Part shown: piece after piece, positions 14,301 to 28,108 of the stretch
Layout of the letters: the number at the start of each line of letters is the position of its first letter
Numbering within the stretch: position 1 is the first letter of the stretch
Origin: the human T2T-CHM13v2.0 reference genome, Homo sapiens
Length of the DNA: 64,000 bases
Assembly: GCF_009914755.1 (NCBI RefSeq)
Contig: NC_060925.1
Reading direction: 5' to 3' (one strand)
Translations under genes and position numbers: made by a program
The notes under the pieces: generated by a model
What the model saw: only the letters and a program-made list of their open reading frames with translations
Told to the model about the DNA's origin: nothing
Database searches by the model: none

Positions 14301-16740
14301 TCCATTTGATGATGTTTCCTTTGAATTCCATTTGATGACAATTCCATTCAATACCAATTGATGATGGTTATTTTTGATTCCATTTGATGATGATTACATT
14401 CGATTCCATTTGATCATAATTCCATTCGATTCCACTCGATGATTCCATTCGATTCCATTCAATGATGATTCCATTCGAGTTCATTGACTGTTCCATTCCA
14501 TTCCATTCGATGATTCCATTCGAGTCCATTTGATGATTGTATTCGATTGCATTCGATAATTCCATTCGATTGCATTCGATAATTCCATTCGATTCCATTT
14601 GAGGATAATTCCATTTGAGTCCATTCGATGATTGTTCCATTCGATTCTATTCGGTGATTCCATTCGATTCCATTTGATAATGATTCCAATCGAGACCATT
14701 CGATGATTCCATTCAATTCCATTCAATAATGATCCCTTTCCAGTCCATTCAATGATTCCATTCCAGTCCATTCGATGATTCCATCTGATTCCATTCAATG
14801 AATCCATTCGATTCCATTCTATGACGATTCCATTCATTTCCATCTGATGATGATTCCATTCGATTCCATTCAATGATACCATTCGATTCCATTCGATGAT
14901 GATTTCAATCAATTTTAGTCGATGATTCCATTCGAATCCATTCGATGATGTGTCCATCCATTTCAATTTCATGGTAATTCCATTCGTTTCAATTCGATGG
15001 TGTTTCCATTTGATTCATTCGATGTTGATTCCATTAGCTTCCGTTGGATGATGATTCCATTCGGGTCCATTCGATGATGATCACACTGGATTTCATTCCA
15101 TAATTCTATTCGATTCCATTCGATGATGATTCCATTCGTTTCCATCCGATGATGATTCCATTCGATTCCGTGCAATGATTATTCCATTCGAGTCCATTCG
15201 ATGATTCCATTCGATTCCATTCGATGATGATTGCATTCGAGTCCATGGATTATTCCATTCCATTCCATTAGATGATTCCAAGCGGGTCCGTTCGATGATT
15301 CTCTTCGATTCCATTCGATAATTCCGTTTTTTTCCGTTTGATGTTGATACCATTCGATTCCATTCGATCATAATTCCATACGATTCTATGCGATGATTCC
15401 ATTCCATTCCATTTGAAGATGATTCCATTCGAGACCATTCGATGATTGCATTCAATTCATTCGAGGACGATTCCATTCAATTCCGTTCAATTATTCCATT
15501 TGAATCCATTTGATGTTGATTCCATTCGATTCCATTTGATGATGATTCCATGCAATTCCATTAGATGATGACTCCTTTCATTTCCATTCGATGATGATTC
15601 CATTCGTTTCCATCCGATGATGGTTCCATTCGATTCCGTGCAATGATTATTCCATTCGAGTCCATTCGATGATTCCATTAGATTCTATATGATGATGATT
15701 GCATTCGAGTCCGTGGATTATTCCATTCCATTCCATTAGATGATTCCATTCGAGTCCATTCGATGATTCTCTTCGATTGCATTCGATAATTCCGCTTGAT
15801 ACCGTTTGATGTTGATTCCATTCGAGTCCATTCAATGTTAATTCCATTCTATTCTATGCGATGATTCCATTCCTTTCCATTAGAAGATGATTCCATTCGA
15901 GACCATTCGATGATTGCATTCAATTCATTCGATGACGATTCCATTCAATTCTGTTCAGTGATTCCATTAGATTCCATTTGATGATGATTCCATTCGATTC
16001 CATTTGATGATGATTCCATGTGATTCCATTAGATGATGACCCCTTTCATTTCCATTCAATGAGGATTCCATTCGGTTCCATTTGATGATGATTCCTTTGA
16101 ATTCCATTTGATGACAATTCCATTCAATACCAATTGATGATGGTTATTTTTGATTCCATTTGATGATGATTACATTCGATTCCATTTGATCATAATTCCA
16201 TTCGATTCCACTCGATGATTCCATACGATTCCATTCAATGATGATTCCATTCGAGTTCATTGACTGTTCCATTCCATTCCATTCGATGATTCCATTCGAG
16301 TCCATTCGATGATTCTATTCGATTGCATTCGATAATTCCATTCGATTGCATTTGAGGATAATTCCATTTGAGTCCATTCGATGATTGTTCCATTCGATTC
16401 TATTCGGTGATTCCATTCGATTCCATTTGATAATGATTCCAATCGAGACCATTCGATGATTCCATTCAATTCCGTTCAATAATGATCCCTTTCCAGTCCA
16501 TTCAATGATTCCATTCCAGTCCATTCGATGATTCCATCTGATTCCATTCAATGAATGCATTCGATTCCATTCTATGACGATTCCGTTCATTTCCATCTGA
16601 TGATGATTCCATTCGATTCCATTCAATGATACCATTCGATTCCATTTGATGATGATTTCAATCAATTTTATTCGATGATTCCATTTGAATCCATTCGATG
16701 ATGAGTCCATCCATTTCAATTTCATGATAATTCCATTCGT
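8371..16740 (+). repeat. 8370-bp higher-order repeat of HSat2, copy 2
   Basis: Same private variants as copy 1 at +8370 (gaggatcacact, ttgttgttgatacctttcg, tccttacaatacc, ttgattccgctcgag, gggtacattc, tccaagcggg, aattttagtcg). No differences found in spot checks. Confidence 0.96.
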
Positions 16741-19700
16741 TTCAATTCGATGGTGTTTCCATTCGATTCATTCGATGTTGATTCTATTAGCTTCCGTTGG
16801 ATGATGATTCCATTCGGGTCCATTCGATGAGGATCACACTGGATTTCATTCCATAATTCTTTTCGATTCCATTCGATGATGATTCCATTCATTTCCATCC
16901 GATGATGATTCCATTCGATTCCGTTTGATGATTATTCCATTCGAGTCCATTCGATGATTCCATTCGATTCCATTCGATGATGATTGCATTCGAGTCCATG
17001 GATAATTCCATTCCATTCCATTAGATGATTCCATTCGGGTCCGTTCGATGATTCTCTTCGATTCCATTCGATAATTCCGTTTTTTTCCGTTTGTTGTTGA
17101 TACCTTTCGATTCCATTCGATGATAATTCCATTCGATTCTATGCGATGATTCCATTCCATTCCATTTGAAGATGATTCCATTCGAGACCATTCGATGATT
17201 GCATTCAATTCATTCGATGACGATTCCATTCAATTCCTTTCAATGATTCCATTTGATTCCATTTGATGTTGATTCCATTCGATTCCATTTTATGATGATT
17301 CCATGGAATTCCATTAGATGATGACTCCTTTCATTTCCATTCGATGATGATTCCATTCGTTTCCATCCGATGATGATTCCATTCGATTCTGTTCAATGAT
17401 TATTCCATTCGTGTCCATTCGATGATTCCATTCGATTCCATTGCATGATGATTGCATTCGAGTCCGTGGATTATTCCATTCCATTCCATTAGATGATTCC
17501 ATTCGAGTCCATTCGATGATTCTTTTCGATTCCATTCGATAATTCCGCTTGATTCCGTTTGATGTTGATTCCATTCGAGTCCATTAAATGTTAATTCCAT
17601 TCGATTCTATGCGATGATTCCATTCCTTTCCATTAGAAGATGATTCCCTTCGAGACCATTCGATGATTGCATTCAATTCATTCGATGACGATTCCCTTCA
17701 ATTCTGTTCAATGATTCCATTAGATTCCATTTGATGATGATTCCATTCGATTCCATTTGATGATGATTCCATGCGATTCCATTAGATGATGACCCCTTTC
17801 ATTTCCATTCAATGAGGATTCTATTCGGTTCCATTTGATGATGATTCCTTTGAATTCCATTTGATGACAAATCCATTCAATACCAATTGATGATGGTTAT
17901 TTTTGATTCCATTTGATGATGATTACATTCGATTCCAATTGATCATAATTCCATTCGATTCCACTCGATGATTCCATTCGATTCCATTCAATGATGATTC
18001 CATTCGAGTTCATTGACTGTTGCATTCCATTCCATTCGATGATTCCATTCGAGTCCATTCGATGATTGCATTCAATTCATTCGATGACGATTCCATTCAA
18101 TTCTGTTCAATGATTCCTTTAGATTCCATTTGATGATGATTCCATTCGATTCCATTTGATGATGATTCCATGCGATTCCATTAGATGATGACCCCTTTCA
18201 TTTCCATTCAATGAGGATTCCCTTCGGTTCCATTTGATGATGATTCCTTTGAATTCCATTTGATGACAATTCCTTACAATACCAATTGATGATGGTTATT
18301 TTTCATTCCATTTGATGATGATTACATTCGATTCCATTTGATCATAATTCCATTTGATTCCACTCGATGATTCCATTCGATTCCATTCAATGATGATTCC
18401 ATTCGAGTTCATTGACTGTTCCGTTCCATTCCATTCGATGATTCCATTCGAGTCCATTCAATGATTCTATTCAATTGCATTCGATAATTCCATTCGATTG
18501 CATTCGATAATTCCATTCGATTCCATTGGAGGATAATTCCATTTGAGTCCATTCGATGATTGTTCCATTCGATTCTATTCGGTGATTCCATTGGATTCCA
18601 TTTGATAATGATTCCAATTGAGACCATTCCATGATTCCATTCAATTCCATTCAATAATGATCTCTTTCGAGTCCATTCAATGATTCCATTCCAGTCCATT
18701 CGATGATTCCATGTGATTCCATTCAATGAATCCATTCGATTCCATTCTATGACGATTCTATTTATTTCCATCTGATGATGATTGCATTCGATTCCATTCA
18801 ATGATACCATTCGATTCCATTTGATGATGATTTCAATCAATTTTATTCGATGATTCCATTCGAATCCATTCGATGATGAGTCCATCCATTTAAATTTCAT
18901 GATAATTCCATTCGTTTGAATTCGATAGTGTTTCCATTTGATTCATTCGATGTTGATTCCATTAGCTTCCGTTGGATGATGATTCCATTCGGTTCCATTC
19001 GATGATCACACTGGGTTTCATTCCATAATTCTATTCGATTCCATTCGATGATAATTCCATTCATATCCATCCGATGATGATTCCATTCGATTCCGTTCAA
19101 TGATTATTCCATTCGAGTCCATTCGATGATTCCATTCGATTCCATTCGATGATGATTGCATTCGAGTCCATGGATTATTCCATTCCATTCCATTAGATGA
19201 TTCCATTCGGGTCCATTCGATGATTCTCTTCGATTCCATTCGATAATTCCGTTTTTTTCCGTTTGATGTTGATTCCATTCGATTCCATTCGATGATAATT
19301 CCATTCGATTCTATGCGATGATTCCATTCCATTCCATTTGAAGATGATTCCATTCGAGACCATTCGATGATTGCATTCAATTCATTCGATGATGATTCCA
19401 TTCAATTCCGTTCAATGATTCCATTTGATTCCATTTGATTTGACTCCATTCGATTCCATTTTATGATGGTTCCATGCAATTCCATTAGATGATGACTCCT
19501 TTCATTTCCATTCGATGATGATTCCGTTCTTTTCCATCGAAGATGATGATTCCATTCGATTCCGTTCAATGATTATTCCATTCGAGTCCATTCGATGATT
19601 CCATTCGATTCTATACGATGATGATTGCATTCGAGTCCGTGGATTATTCCATTCCATTCCATTAGATGATTCCATTCGAGTCCATTCGATGATTCTCTTC

Positions 19701-20790
19701 GATTCCATTCGATAATTCCGCTTGATTCCGTTTGATGTTGATTCCATTCGAGTCCATTCAATGTTAATTCCATTCGATTCTATGCGATGATTCCATTCCT
19801 TTCCATTAGAAGATGATTCCCTTCGAGACCGTTCGATGATTGCATTCAATTCATTCGATGACGATTCCATTCAATTCTGTTCAATGTTTCCATTAGATTC
19901 CATTTGATGATGATTCCATTCGATTCCATTTGATGATGATTCCATGCGATTCCATTAGATGATGACCCCTTCATTTCCATTCAATGAGGATTCCATTCGG
20001 TTCCATTTGATGATGATTCCTTTGAATTCCATTTGATGACAATTCCATTCAATACCAATTGATGATGGTTATTTTTGATTCCATTTGATGATGATTACAT
20101 TCGATTCCATTTGATCATAATTCCATTCGATTCCACTCGATGATTCCATTCGATTCCATTCAATGATGATTCCATTCGAGTTCATTGACTGTTCCATTCC
20201 ATTCCATTCGATGATTCCATTCGAGTCCATTCGATGATTCTATTCGATTGCATTTGATAATTCCATTCGATTGCATTCGATAATTCCATTAGATTCCATT
20301 TGAGGATAATTGCATTTGAGTCCATTCGATGATTGTTCCATTCGATTCTATTCGGTGATTCCATTCGATTCCATTTGATAATGATTCCAATCGAGACCAT
20401 TCGATGATTCTATTCAATTCCATTCAATAATGATCCCTTTCGAGTCCATTCAATGATTCCATTCCAGTCCATTCGATGATTCCATCTGATTCCATTCAAT
20501 GAATCCATTCGATTCCATTCTATGACGATTCCATTCATTTCCATCTGATGATGATTCCATTCGATTCCATTCAATGATACCATTCGATTCCATTTGATGA
20601 TGATTTCAATCAATTTTATTCGATGATTCCATTCGAATCCATTCGATGATGAGTCCATCCCTTTCAGTTTCATGATAATTCCATTCGTTTCAATTCGATG
20701 GTGTTTCCATTCGATTCATTCGATGTTGATTCCATTAGCTTCCGTTGGATGATGATTCCATTCGGGTCCATTCGATGATCACACTGGATT
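16741..20790 (+). repeat. Partial third HOR copy: identical to 17237, then diverged versions of monomers A and B
   Basis: Matches 1-497. The first mismatch is at 17238 (caattccTtt vs caattccGtt at 498). It keeps the 399-bp duplication of monomer A (18064 vs 1324) and the monomer-B markers (cgaagatgat, tcccttcgagaccgttcg), but carries scattered substitutions and two 3-bp GAT deletions. Confidence 0.9.
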
Positions 20791-23700
20791 TCATTCCATA
20801 ATTCTATTCGATTCCATTCGATGATGATTCCATTCATATCCATCCGATGATGATTCCATTCGATTCCGTTCAATGATTATTCCATTCGAGTCCATTCGAT
20901 GATTCCATTCGATTCCATTCGATGATGATTGCATTCGAGTCCATGGATTATTCCATTCCATTCCATTAGATGATTCCATTCGGGTCCATTCGATGATTCT
21001 CTTCGATTCCATTCGATAATTCCGTTTTTTTCCATTTGATGTTGATACAATTCGATTCCATTCGATGATAATTCCATTCGATTCTATGCGATGATTCCAT
21101 TCCATTCCATTTGAAGATGATTCCATTCGAGACCATTCGATGATTGCATTCAATTCATTCGATGACGATTCCATTCAATTCCGTTCAATGATTCCATTTG
21201 ATTCCATTTGATGTTGATTCCATTCGATTCCATTTTATGATGATTCCATGCAATTCAATTAGATGATGACTCCTTTCATTTCCATTCGATGATGATTCCA
21301 TTCGTTTCAATCCGATGATGATTCCATTCGATTCCGTTCAATGATTATTCCATTCGAGTCCATTCGATGATTCCATTCGTTTCTATACGATGATGATTGC
21401 ATTCGAGTCCGTGGATTATTCCATTCCATTCCATTAGATGATTCCATTCCAGTCCCTTCCATGATTCTCTTCGATTCCATTCGATAATTCCGCTTGATTC
21501 CGTTTGATGTTGATTCCATTCGAGTCCATTGAATGTTAATTCCATTCGATTCTATGCGATGATTCCATTCCTTTCCATTAGAAGATGATTCCATTCGAGA
21601 CCATTCGATGATTGCATTCAATTCATTCGATGACGATTCCATTCAATTCTGTTCAATGATTCCATTGGATTCCATTTGATGATGATTCCATTCGATTCCA
21701 TTTGATGATGATTCCATGCGATTCCATTAGATGATGACCCCTTTCATTTCCATTCAATGAGGATTCCATTCGGTTCCATTTGATGATGATTCCTTTGAAT
21801 TCCATTTGATGACAATTCCATTCAATACCAATTGATGATGGTTATTTTTGATTCCATTTGATGATGATTACATTCGATTCCATTTGATCATAATTCCAAT
21901 CGATTCCACTCGATGATTCCATTCGATTCCATTCAATGATGATTCCATTCGAGATCACTCACTATTGCATTCCATTCCATTCAATGATTCCATTCGAGTC
22001 CATTCGATGATTCTATTCGATTGCATTCGATAATTCCATTCGATTGCATTCGATAATTCCATTCGATTCCATTTGAGGATAATTCCATTTGAGCCCATTC
22101 GATGATTGTTCCATTCCATTCTATTCGGTGATTCCATTCGATTCCATTTTGTAATGATTCCATTCGAGACCATTCGATGATTCCATTCAATTCCATTCAA
22201 TATTGATTCCATTCGTGTCCATTCAATGATTCCATTCAAGTCCATTCGATGATTCCATCTGATTCCATTAAATGAATCCATTCGATTCCATTCTATGATG
22301 ATTCCATTCATTTCCATCTGATGATGATTCCATTCGAATGCATTCAATGATTCCATTCGATTCCATTTGATGATGATTTCAATCAATTTCATTCGATGAT
22401 TCCATTCGAATCCATTCGATGATGAGTCCTTCCATTTCAATTTCATGATAATTCCATTCGTTTCAATTCGATTGTGTTTCCATTCGATTCCATTCGATGT
22501 TGATTCCATTAGTTTAAATTGGATACTGATTCCGTTCGAGTCCATTCGATGATGATCACATTAGTTTTCCTTCCATAATTCTATTCGATTCCATTTGATG
22601 ATGATTCCATCTGATTCCATTTGATGATTCCATTCAATTCCATTCAATAATGATTCCATTCGAGTTATTCAATGATTCCATTCAAGTCCATTCGATGATT
22701 CCATCTGATTCCATTCAATGAATCCATTCGATTCCATTCTATGATGATTCCATTCATTTCCATCTGATGATGATTCCATTCGATTCCATTCAATGATTCC
22801 ATCGATTCCATTTGATGATGATTTCAATCAATTTCATTCGATGATTCCATTCGAATCCATTCGATGATGAGTCCATCCATTTCAATTTCATGATAATTCC
22901 ATTCGTTTCAGTTCGATGGTGTTTCCATTCGATACCATTCGATGTTGATTCCATTAGTTTCCACTGGATGATGATTCCATTCGAGTCCATTCGATGATGA
23001 TCACTTTGGATTTCATTCCATAATTCTATTCGGTTCCATTTGATGATGATTCCATCGGATTCCTTTTGATGATTCCATTCGATTCCATTCGATGATGATT
23101 CCATTCGTTTCCATCCGATGATGATTCCATTCGATGCCGTTCAATGTTTGTTGCATTCGAGTCCATTCGACGATTCCATTCGATTCCATTTGATGATGAT
23201 TGCATTCGAGTCCATTGATTATTCCATTCTATTTCATAAGATGATTCCATTCGAGTCCATTCGATGATTCTCTTCGATTCCATTCGATAATTCCGTTTGA
23301 TTCCGTTTGATGTTGATTCCATTCGAGTCCATTCAATGATAATTCCATTCGATTCTATGCGATGATTCCATTCCTTTCCATTTGAAGATGATTCCATTCG
23401 AGACCATTGGATGATTGCATTCAATTCATTCGATGACGATTCCATTCAATTCCATTCAATGATTTCATTCGATTCCATTTGATGATGATTCCATGCGATT
23501 CCTTTAGATGATGACTCCTTTCTTTTCCATTCAATGAGGATTCCATTCGGTTCCATTTGATGATGATTCCTTTGAGTTCCAGTTGATGACAATTCCATTC
23601 AATACCAGTTGATGATGGTTATTTTTGATTCCACTTGATGATGATTACATTAGATTCCATTTGATCATGATTTCATTCGATTCCACTCGATGATTCCATT

Positions 23701-26700
23701 CGATTCCATTCAATGATGATTTCATTCATGTTCACTATTCCATTCCATTCCATTCGAGGATTCCATTCGAGTCCATTCGATGATTCTATTCGATTGCATT
23801 CCATTATTCCTTTCGATTGCATTCGATAATTCTATTCGATTCCATTTGAGAGTAATTCCATTTGACTCCATTCGATGATTGTTCCATTCGTTTCTATTCG
23901 GTGATTCCATTCCATTCCATTTGATAATGATTCCATTCGAGACCATTCGATGATTCCATTCAAGTCCATTCAATAATGATTCCATTCGTGTCCATTCAAT
24001 GATTCCATTCAAGTCCATTCGATGATTCCATCTGATTCCATTCAATGAATCCATTCGATTCCATTCTATGACGATTCCATTCATTTCCTTCTGATGATGA
24101 TTCCATTCGATTCCATTCAATGATTCCATCGATTCCATTTGATGATTTCAATCAATTTCATTCGATGATTCCATTCGAATCCATTCGATGATGAGTCCAT
24201 CCATTTCAATTTCATGATAATTCCATTCGTTTCAATTCGATGGTGTTTCCATTCGATACCATTCGATGTTGATTCCATTAGTTTCCACTGGATGATGATT
24301 CCATTCGAGTCCATTCGATGATGATCACTTTGGATTTCATTCCATAATTCTATTCGATTCCATTTGATGATGATTCCATCGGATTCCTTTTGATGATTCC
24401 ATTCGATTCCATTCGATGATGATTCCATTCGTTTCTATCCGATGATGATTCCATTCGATGCCGTTCAATGTTTGTTGCATTCGAGTCCATTCGACGATTC
24501 CATTCGTTTCCATTTGATGATGATTGCGTTCGAGTCCATTGATTATTCCATTCTATTTCATAAGATGATTCCATTCGAGTCCATTCGATGATTCTCTTCG
24601 ATTCCATTCGATAATTCCGTTTGATTCCGTTTGATGTTGATTCCATTCGAGTCCATTCAATGATAATTCCATTCGATTCTATGCGATGATTCCATTCCTT
24701 TCTATTTGAAGATGATTCCATTCGAGACCATTCCATGATTGCATTCAATTCATTCGATGACGATTCCATTCGATTCCATTCAATGATTTCATTAGATTCC
24801 ATTTGATGATGATTCCATTCGATTCCATTTGATGGTGATTCCATGCGATTCCATTAGATGATGACTCCTTTCATTTCCATTCGATGATGATTCCATTCGT
24901 TTCCATCCGATGATGATTCCATTCAATTCCGTTCAATAATTATTCCATTCCAGTCCATTCGATGATTCCATTCGATTCTATTCGATGATGATTTCATTCG
25001 GGTCCATGGATTATTTCATTCCATTGCATTAGATGATTCCATTCGTGGCCATTCGAAGATTCTCTTCGATTCCATTTGATAATTCCGTTTGATTCCGTTT
25101 GATGTTGATTCCATTCGAGTCCATTCAATGATAATTCCATTCGATTCTATGCGATGATTCCATTCCTTTCCATTTGAAGATGATTCCATTCGAGACCATT
25201 CGATGATTGCATTCAATTCATTCTATGACGATTCCATTCAATTCCATTCAATGATTTCATTAGATTCCATTTGATGATGATTCCATTCGATTCCATTTGA
25301 TGATGATTCCATGCGATTCCATTAGATGATGACTCCTTTCTTTTCCATTCAATGAGGATTCCATTCGGTTAAATTTGATGATGATTCCTTTGAGTTCCAG
25401 TTCATGAAAATTCCATTCAATACCAATTGATGATGGTTATTTGTGATTCCATTTGATGATGATTACATTCGATTCCATTTGATCATGATTCCATTCGTGT
25501 TCATTGATTATTCTTTCCATTCCATTCGAAGATTCCATTCGAGTCCATTCGATGACTCTATTCGATTGCATTCGATAATTCCATTCGATTGTATTCGATA
25601 ATTCCTTTCGATTCCATTTGAGGATAATTCCATTTGAGTCCATTCGATGATTGTTCCATTCGATTCTATTCGGTGATTCCATTCGATTCCATTTGATAAT
25701 GATTCCATTCGAGACCATTCGAAGATTCCATGCAATTCCATTCAATTATGATTCCATTCGGGTCCATTCAATGATTCCATTCAAGTCCATTTGATGATTC
25801 CATCTGATTCCATTCAATGAATCCATTCGATTCCATTCTATGACGATTCCATTCATTTCCATCTGATGATGATTCCATTCGATTCCATTCAATGATACCA
25901 TTCGATTCCATTTGATGATGATTTCAATCAAATTTATTCGATGATTCCATTCGAATCCATTCGATGATGAGTCCATCCATTTCAATTTCATGATAATTCT
26001 ATTCGATTCAATTCGATGGTGTTTCCATTCGATTCTATTCGATGTTGATTCCATTAGCTTCCACTGGATGATTATTCCATTCGGGTCTATTCGATGATGA
26101 TCACATTGGATTTCATTCCATAATTCTATTCGATTCCTTTCGATGATGATTCCATCTGATTCCATTTGATGATTCCATTTGATTCCATTCGATGATGATT
26201 CCATTCGTTTCCATCCGATAATGATTCCATTCGATTCCGTTCAATGATTGTTCCATTCGAGTCCATTCGATGATTACATTCGATTCCATTCGATGATGAT
26301 TGCATTCGAGTCCATGGATTATTCCATTCCATTCCATTAGATGATTCCATTCGGGTCCATTCGATGATTCTCTTCGATTCCATTCGATAATTCCGTTTTT
26401 TTCCGTTTGATGTTGATTCCATTCTATTCCATTCGATGATAATTCCATTCGATTCTATGCGAGGATTCCATTCCATTCCATTTGAAGATGATTCCATTCG
26501 AGACCATTCGATGATTGCATTCAATTCATTCGATGAGGTTTCCATTCAATTCCGTTCAATGATCCCATTAGATTCCATTTAATGTTGATTCCATTTGATT
26601 CCATTTGATGATGATTCCATGCAATTCCATTAGATAATGACTCCTTTCATTTCCATTCGATGATGATTCCATTCGTTTCCATCCGATGATGTTTCCATTC

Positions 26701-28108
26701 GATTCCGTTCTATGATTATTCCATTCGAGTGCATTCGGTGATTCCATTCGATTCTATTCGATGATGATTGCATTCGAGTCCATGGATTATTCCATTCCAT
26801 TCCATTAGATGATTCCATTCGAGTCCATTCGATGATTCTCTTCGATTCCATTCGATAATTGTGCTTGATTCCGTTTGATGTTGATTCCATTCGAGTCCAT
26901 TCAATGTTAATTCCGTTCGATTCTATGCGATGATTTCATTCCTTTCCATTAGAAGATGATTCCATTCTACACCATTCGATGATTGCATTCAATTCATTCG
27001 ATGACGATTCCATTCAATTCTGTTCAATGATTCCATTAGATTCCATTTGATGATGTTTCCATTCGATTCCATTTGATGATGATTCCATGTGTTTCCATTA
27101 GATGATGACCCCTTTCATTTCCATTCAATGAGAATTCCATTCGGTTCCATTTGATGATGATTCCTTTGAATTCCATTGGATGACAATTCCATTCAATACC
27201 AATTGATGACGGTTATTTTTGATTCCATTTGATGATGATTACATTCGATTCCATTTGATCGTGATTCCATTCGATTCCACTCGATGTTTCCATTCGATTC
27301 CATTCAATGATGATTCCATTCGAGTTCATTGCCTATTCTGTTCCATGCCATTCGATGATTCCATTCGAGTCCACTCGATGATTCTATTCGATTGCATTTG
27401 ATAATTGCATTCGATTGCATTCGATAATTCCATTCGATTCCATTTGAGGATAATTCCATTTGAGTCCATTCGATGATTGTTCCATTCGATTCTATTCGGT
27501 GATTCCTTCGATTCCATTTGATAATGATTCCATTCGAGAGCATTCGATGATTCCTTTCAAGTCTATTCGATGATTCCATCTGATTCCATTCAATGAATCC
27601 AATCGATTCCATTTTGTGATGATTCCATTCATTTCCATCTGATGATGATTCCATTCGATTCCATTCAATGATTCCATTCGATTCTATTTGATGACGATTT
27701 CAATCAATTTCTTTTGATGATTCCATTCGAGTCCATTCGAAGATGAGTCGATCCGTTTCAATTTCATGATAATTCCATTCGTTTCAATTCGATGGTGTTT
27801 CCATTCGATTCCATTCGATGTTGATTCCATCAGTTTCCATTGGATGATGATTCCGTTCGAGTCCATTCGATGATGATCACATTGGATTTCACTCCATAAT
27901 TCTTTTCGATTCCATTTGTTGATGATTCCATCTGATTCCATTTGATGATTCCATTCGATTCCATTCGATGATGATTCCATTCATTTCCATCTGATGATGA
28001 TTCCATTCGATTGAATTCAATGATTCCATTCGATTCCATTTGATGATGATTTCAATCAATTTCATTCGATGATTCCATTGGATTCCATTTGATGATGAGT
28101 GCATCCAT
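20791..28108 (+). repeat. Divergent edge layer of HSat2: monomers of 1777, 445 (partial), 1324, 1776 and 1776 bp plus a ~220-bp terminal fragment
   Basis: Anchors at 20791, 22568, 23013, 24337, 26113, 27889. Many private substitutions, and an extra 49-bp module after the anchor that HOR monomers lack. Confidence 0.85.

Larger units (their letters stand above)
1..28108 (+). repeat. Human Satellite 2 (HSat2/HSATII) array, ~1.8-kb-monomer (HSat2A-like) type, CATTC strand on +
   Basis: Continuous ATTCCATTCGATTCCATTCG(ATG)1-2 units of 23/26 bp, very dense TCGA sites, and variants CGAGTCC, CGGGTCC, CGAGACC. The anchor TCATTCCATAATTCT or a close variant recurs at 106, 2281, 4011, 6723, 8476 ... 19018, 20791, 22568, 23013, 24337, 26113, 27889. 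The family call is from the established HSat2 consensus; the subfamily is inferred from the 1776-bp period. Confidence 0.97.

Noticed and set aside
106-28039. Recurrent minus-strand ORFs of 60-196 aa (MESSSNELNAIIEWSRMESSSNGMEWNHRIES...)
   Set aside because: These are translations of the GAATGGAATC/ATCATC strand of HSat2. They overlap in several frames, recur at the repeat periods, are freely frameshifted between monomers and show no domain-like composition.
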